Source: Azolla caroliniana
Lineage: Eukaryota; Plantae; Polypodiophyta
Length of the DNA: 64,000 bases
NCBI GenBank assembly: GCA_043228905.1
Contig: JBHGNT010000017.1
Location: forward strand, 5,518,001 to 5,582,000
Reading direction: 5' to 3'
A program made the position numbers and the translations under genes. The notes below the pieces were generated by a model, which saw only the letters and a program-made list of their open reading frames with translations, made no database searches and was not told the origin of the DNA. The stretch's first letter is position 1. Every line of letters starts with the position of its first letter. Positions 63,211-64,000 of this stretch are shown here, piece after piece.

Positions 63211-64000
63211 TGTTCTCTGTTTTACGCTTCCGCAAACACTTACGTTTTCATGGTATCAGAGGGCGAGGGTTGAGAACCTCTACTGCAGACATTTACTCTT
63301 GTGAAGAAAACCCTAACAGGTCGAAAACAGACACAGTAGAAGACATGGATAGAGGCATGGCTACGTCGCTCCCGGTGGAGAAGCTCGACAGGAGCAACTA
63401 CGCATCCTGGTCTTACAAGATGCACCAGTACCTGCTTGGACACGGGTACTGGAGTTATGTCGAAGGAGCGAATGATGCGGCGCCAGACTCGGCACACAAG
63501 GACTTCCCGGTATGGGAACAGGCGGCAAGCAGGGTGATGTACTGCTTCGCGTCTAGTGTCGGCGATCAGCTGCTTAGCCACATTCGTGATGCCAAGACAC
63601 CGAAGGATGCTTGGGGGAACCTGAAAAAGGTTTTCGCCACAAGCACCACGGCCCGGAAGCTGCAACTCAGACAGGAGTTGAGCAATGTTCGACAGAAGAA
63701 CATGTCCGTGGCAGATTACACGGGCCGGATAAAGGAGATTTGCGACTCACTCGCCTCTATCAATGTTACCGTAGAGGAAGACGAGATGGTGCAGGTATGT
63801 CTCGGAGGCCTGGCGTCCAAGTTCGGAGCGTTCCGGACTGCGGTGTGTACAAGGGAGAATACCCCCTCATTCTTCGACTTACAGTCGATGCTCCTTGTAG
63901 AGGAGAACCACGCCGGTGCATCTACCAGTGCATCCCCGGACAACCGAATGCTGTACACGGGAATGGATCGGCTCCGTGGGCGTGGTGGAAGAGGTGGGTC
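62866..64000 (+). mobile_element. Ty1/copia element 5' end (LTR 62866-63250, tRNA-iMet PBS 63251-63261); runs off the window
   Basis: TGTTGAGCGGCAAGCTCAAC...TTTCA followed by TGGTATCAGAG; related to the element at 33648-38643. Confidence 0.93.
63345..64000 (+). CDS. gag: Copia gag-pol, open to the window end
   Basis: MDRGMATSLPVEKLDRSNYASWSYKMHQYLLGHGYWSYVEG...ARKLQLRQELSNVRQ...DLQSMLLVEE; no stops seen. Confidence 0.9.
   Translation, partial: MDRGMATSLPVEKLDRSNYASWSYKMHQYLLGHGYWSYVEGANDAAPDSAHKDFPVWEQAASRVMYCFASSVGDQLLSHIRDAKTPKDAWGNLKKVFATSTTARKLQLRQELSNVRQKNMSVADYTGRIKEICDSLASINVTVEEDEMVQVCLGGLASKFGAFRTAVCTRENTPSFFDLQSMLLVEENHAGASTSASPDNRMLYTGMDRLRGRGGRGG

Overview
Eukaryotic plant genomic DNA with spliceosomal introns. 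The retroelement types suggest a non-seed plant such as a fern, but that is inference. Four host genes could be traced exon by exon: a KEA4/5/6-type K+/H+ antiporter (+, 5' part outside the window), VPS35L (-), NSA2 (-) and a divergent RPS15a/uS8 with features of the mitochondrial-type paralogue (-). Between NSA2 and RPS15a lies a transposon island. Its core is a three-level nest: a decayed Ty1/copia (-) holds a Tcn1/sushi-like chromovirus (+), whose gag holds a young, pol-less LTR element primed by tRNA-Trp. The chromovirus has an apparent Tf1-style self-priming site and a -1 frameshift signal. The inner element has a gag-fused low-complexity ORF and a probable antisense ORF. The island also contains LINE remnants, a 50/56-bp minisatellite, a tRNA-Leu pseudogene, a TIR MITE and a spliced unknown pseudogene. 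A second copia nest starts near the right edge. All coordinates were read by eye; no database searches were run.
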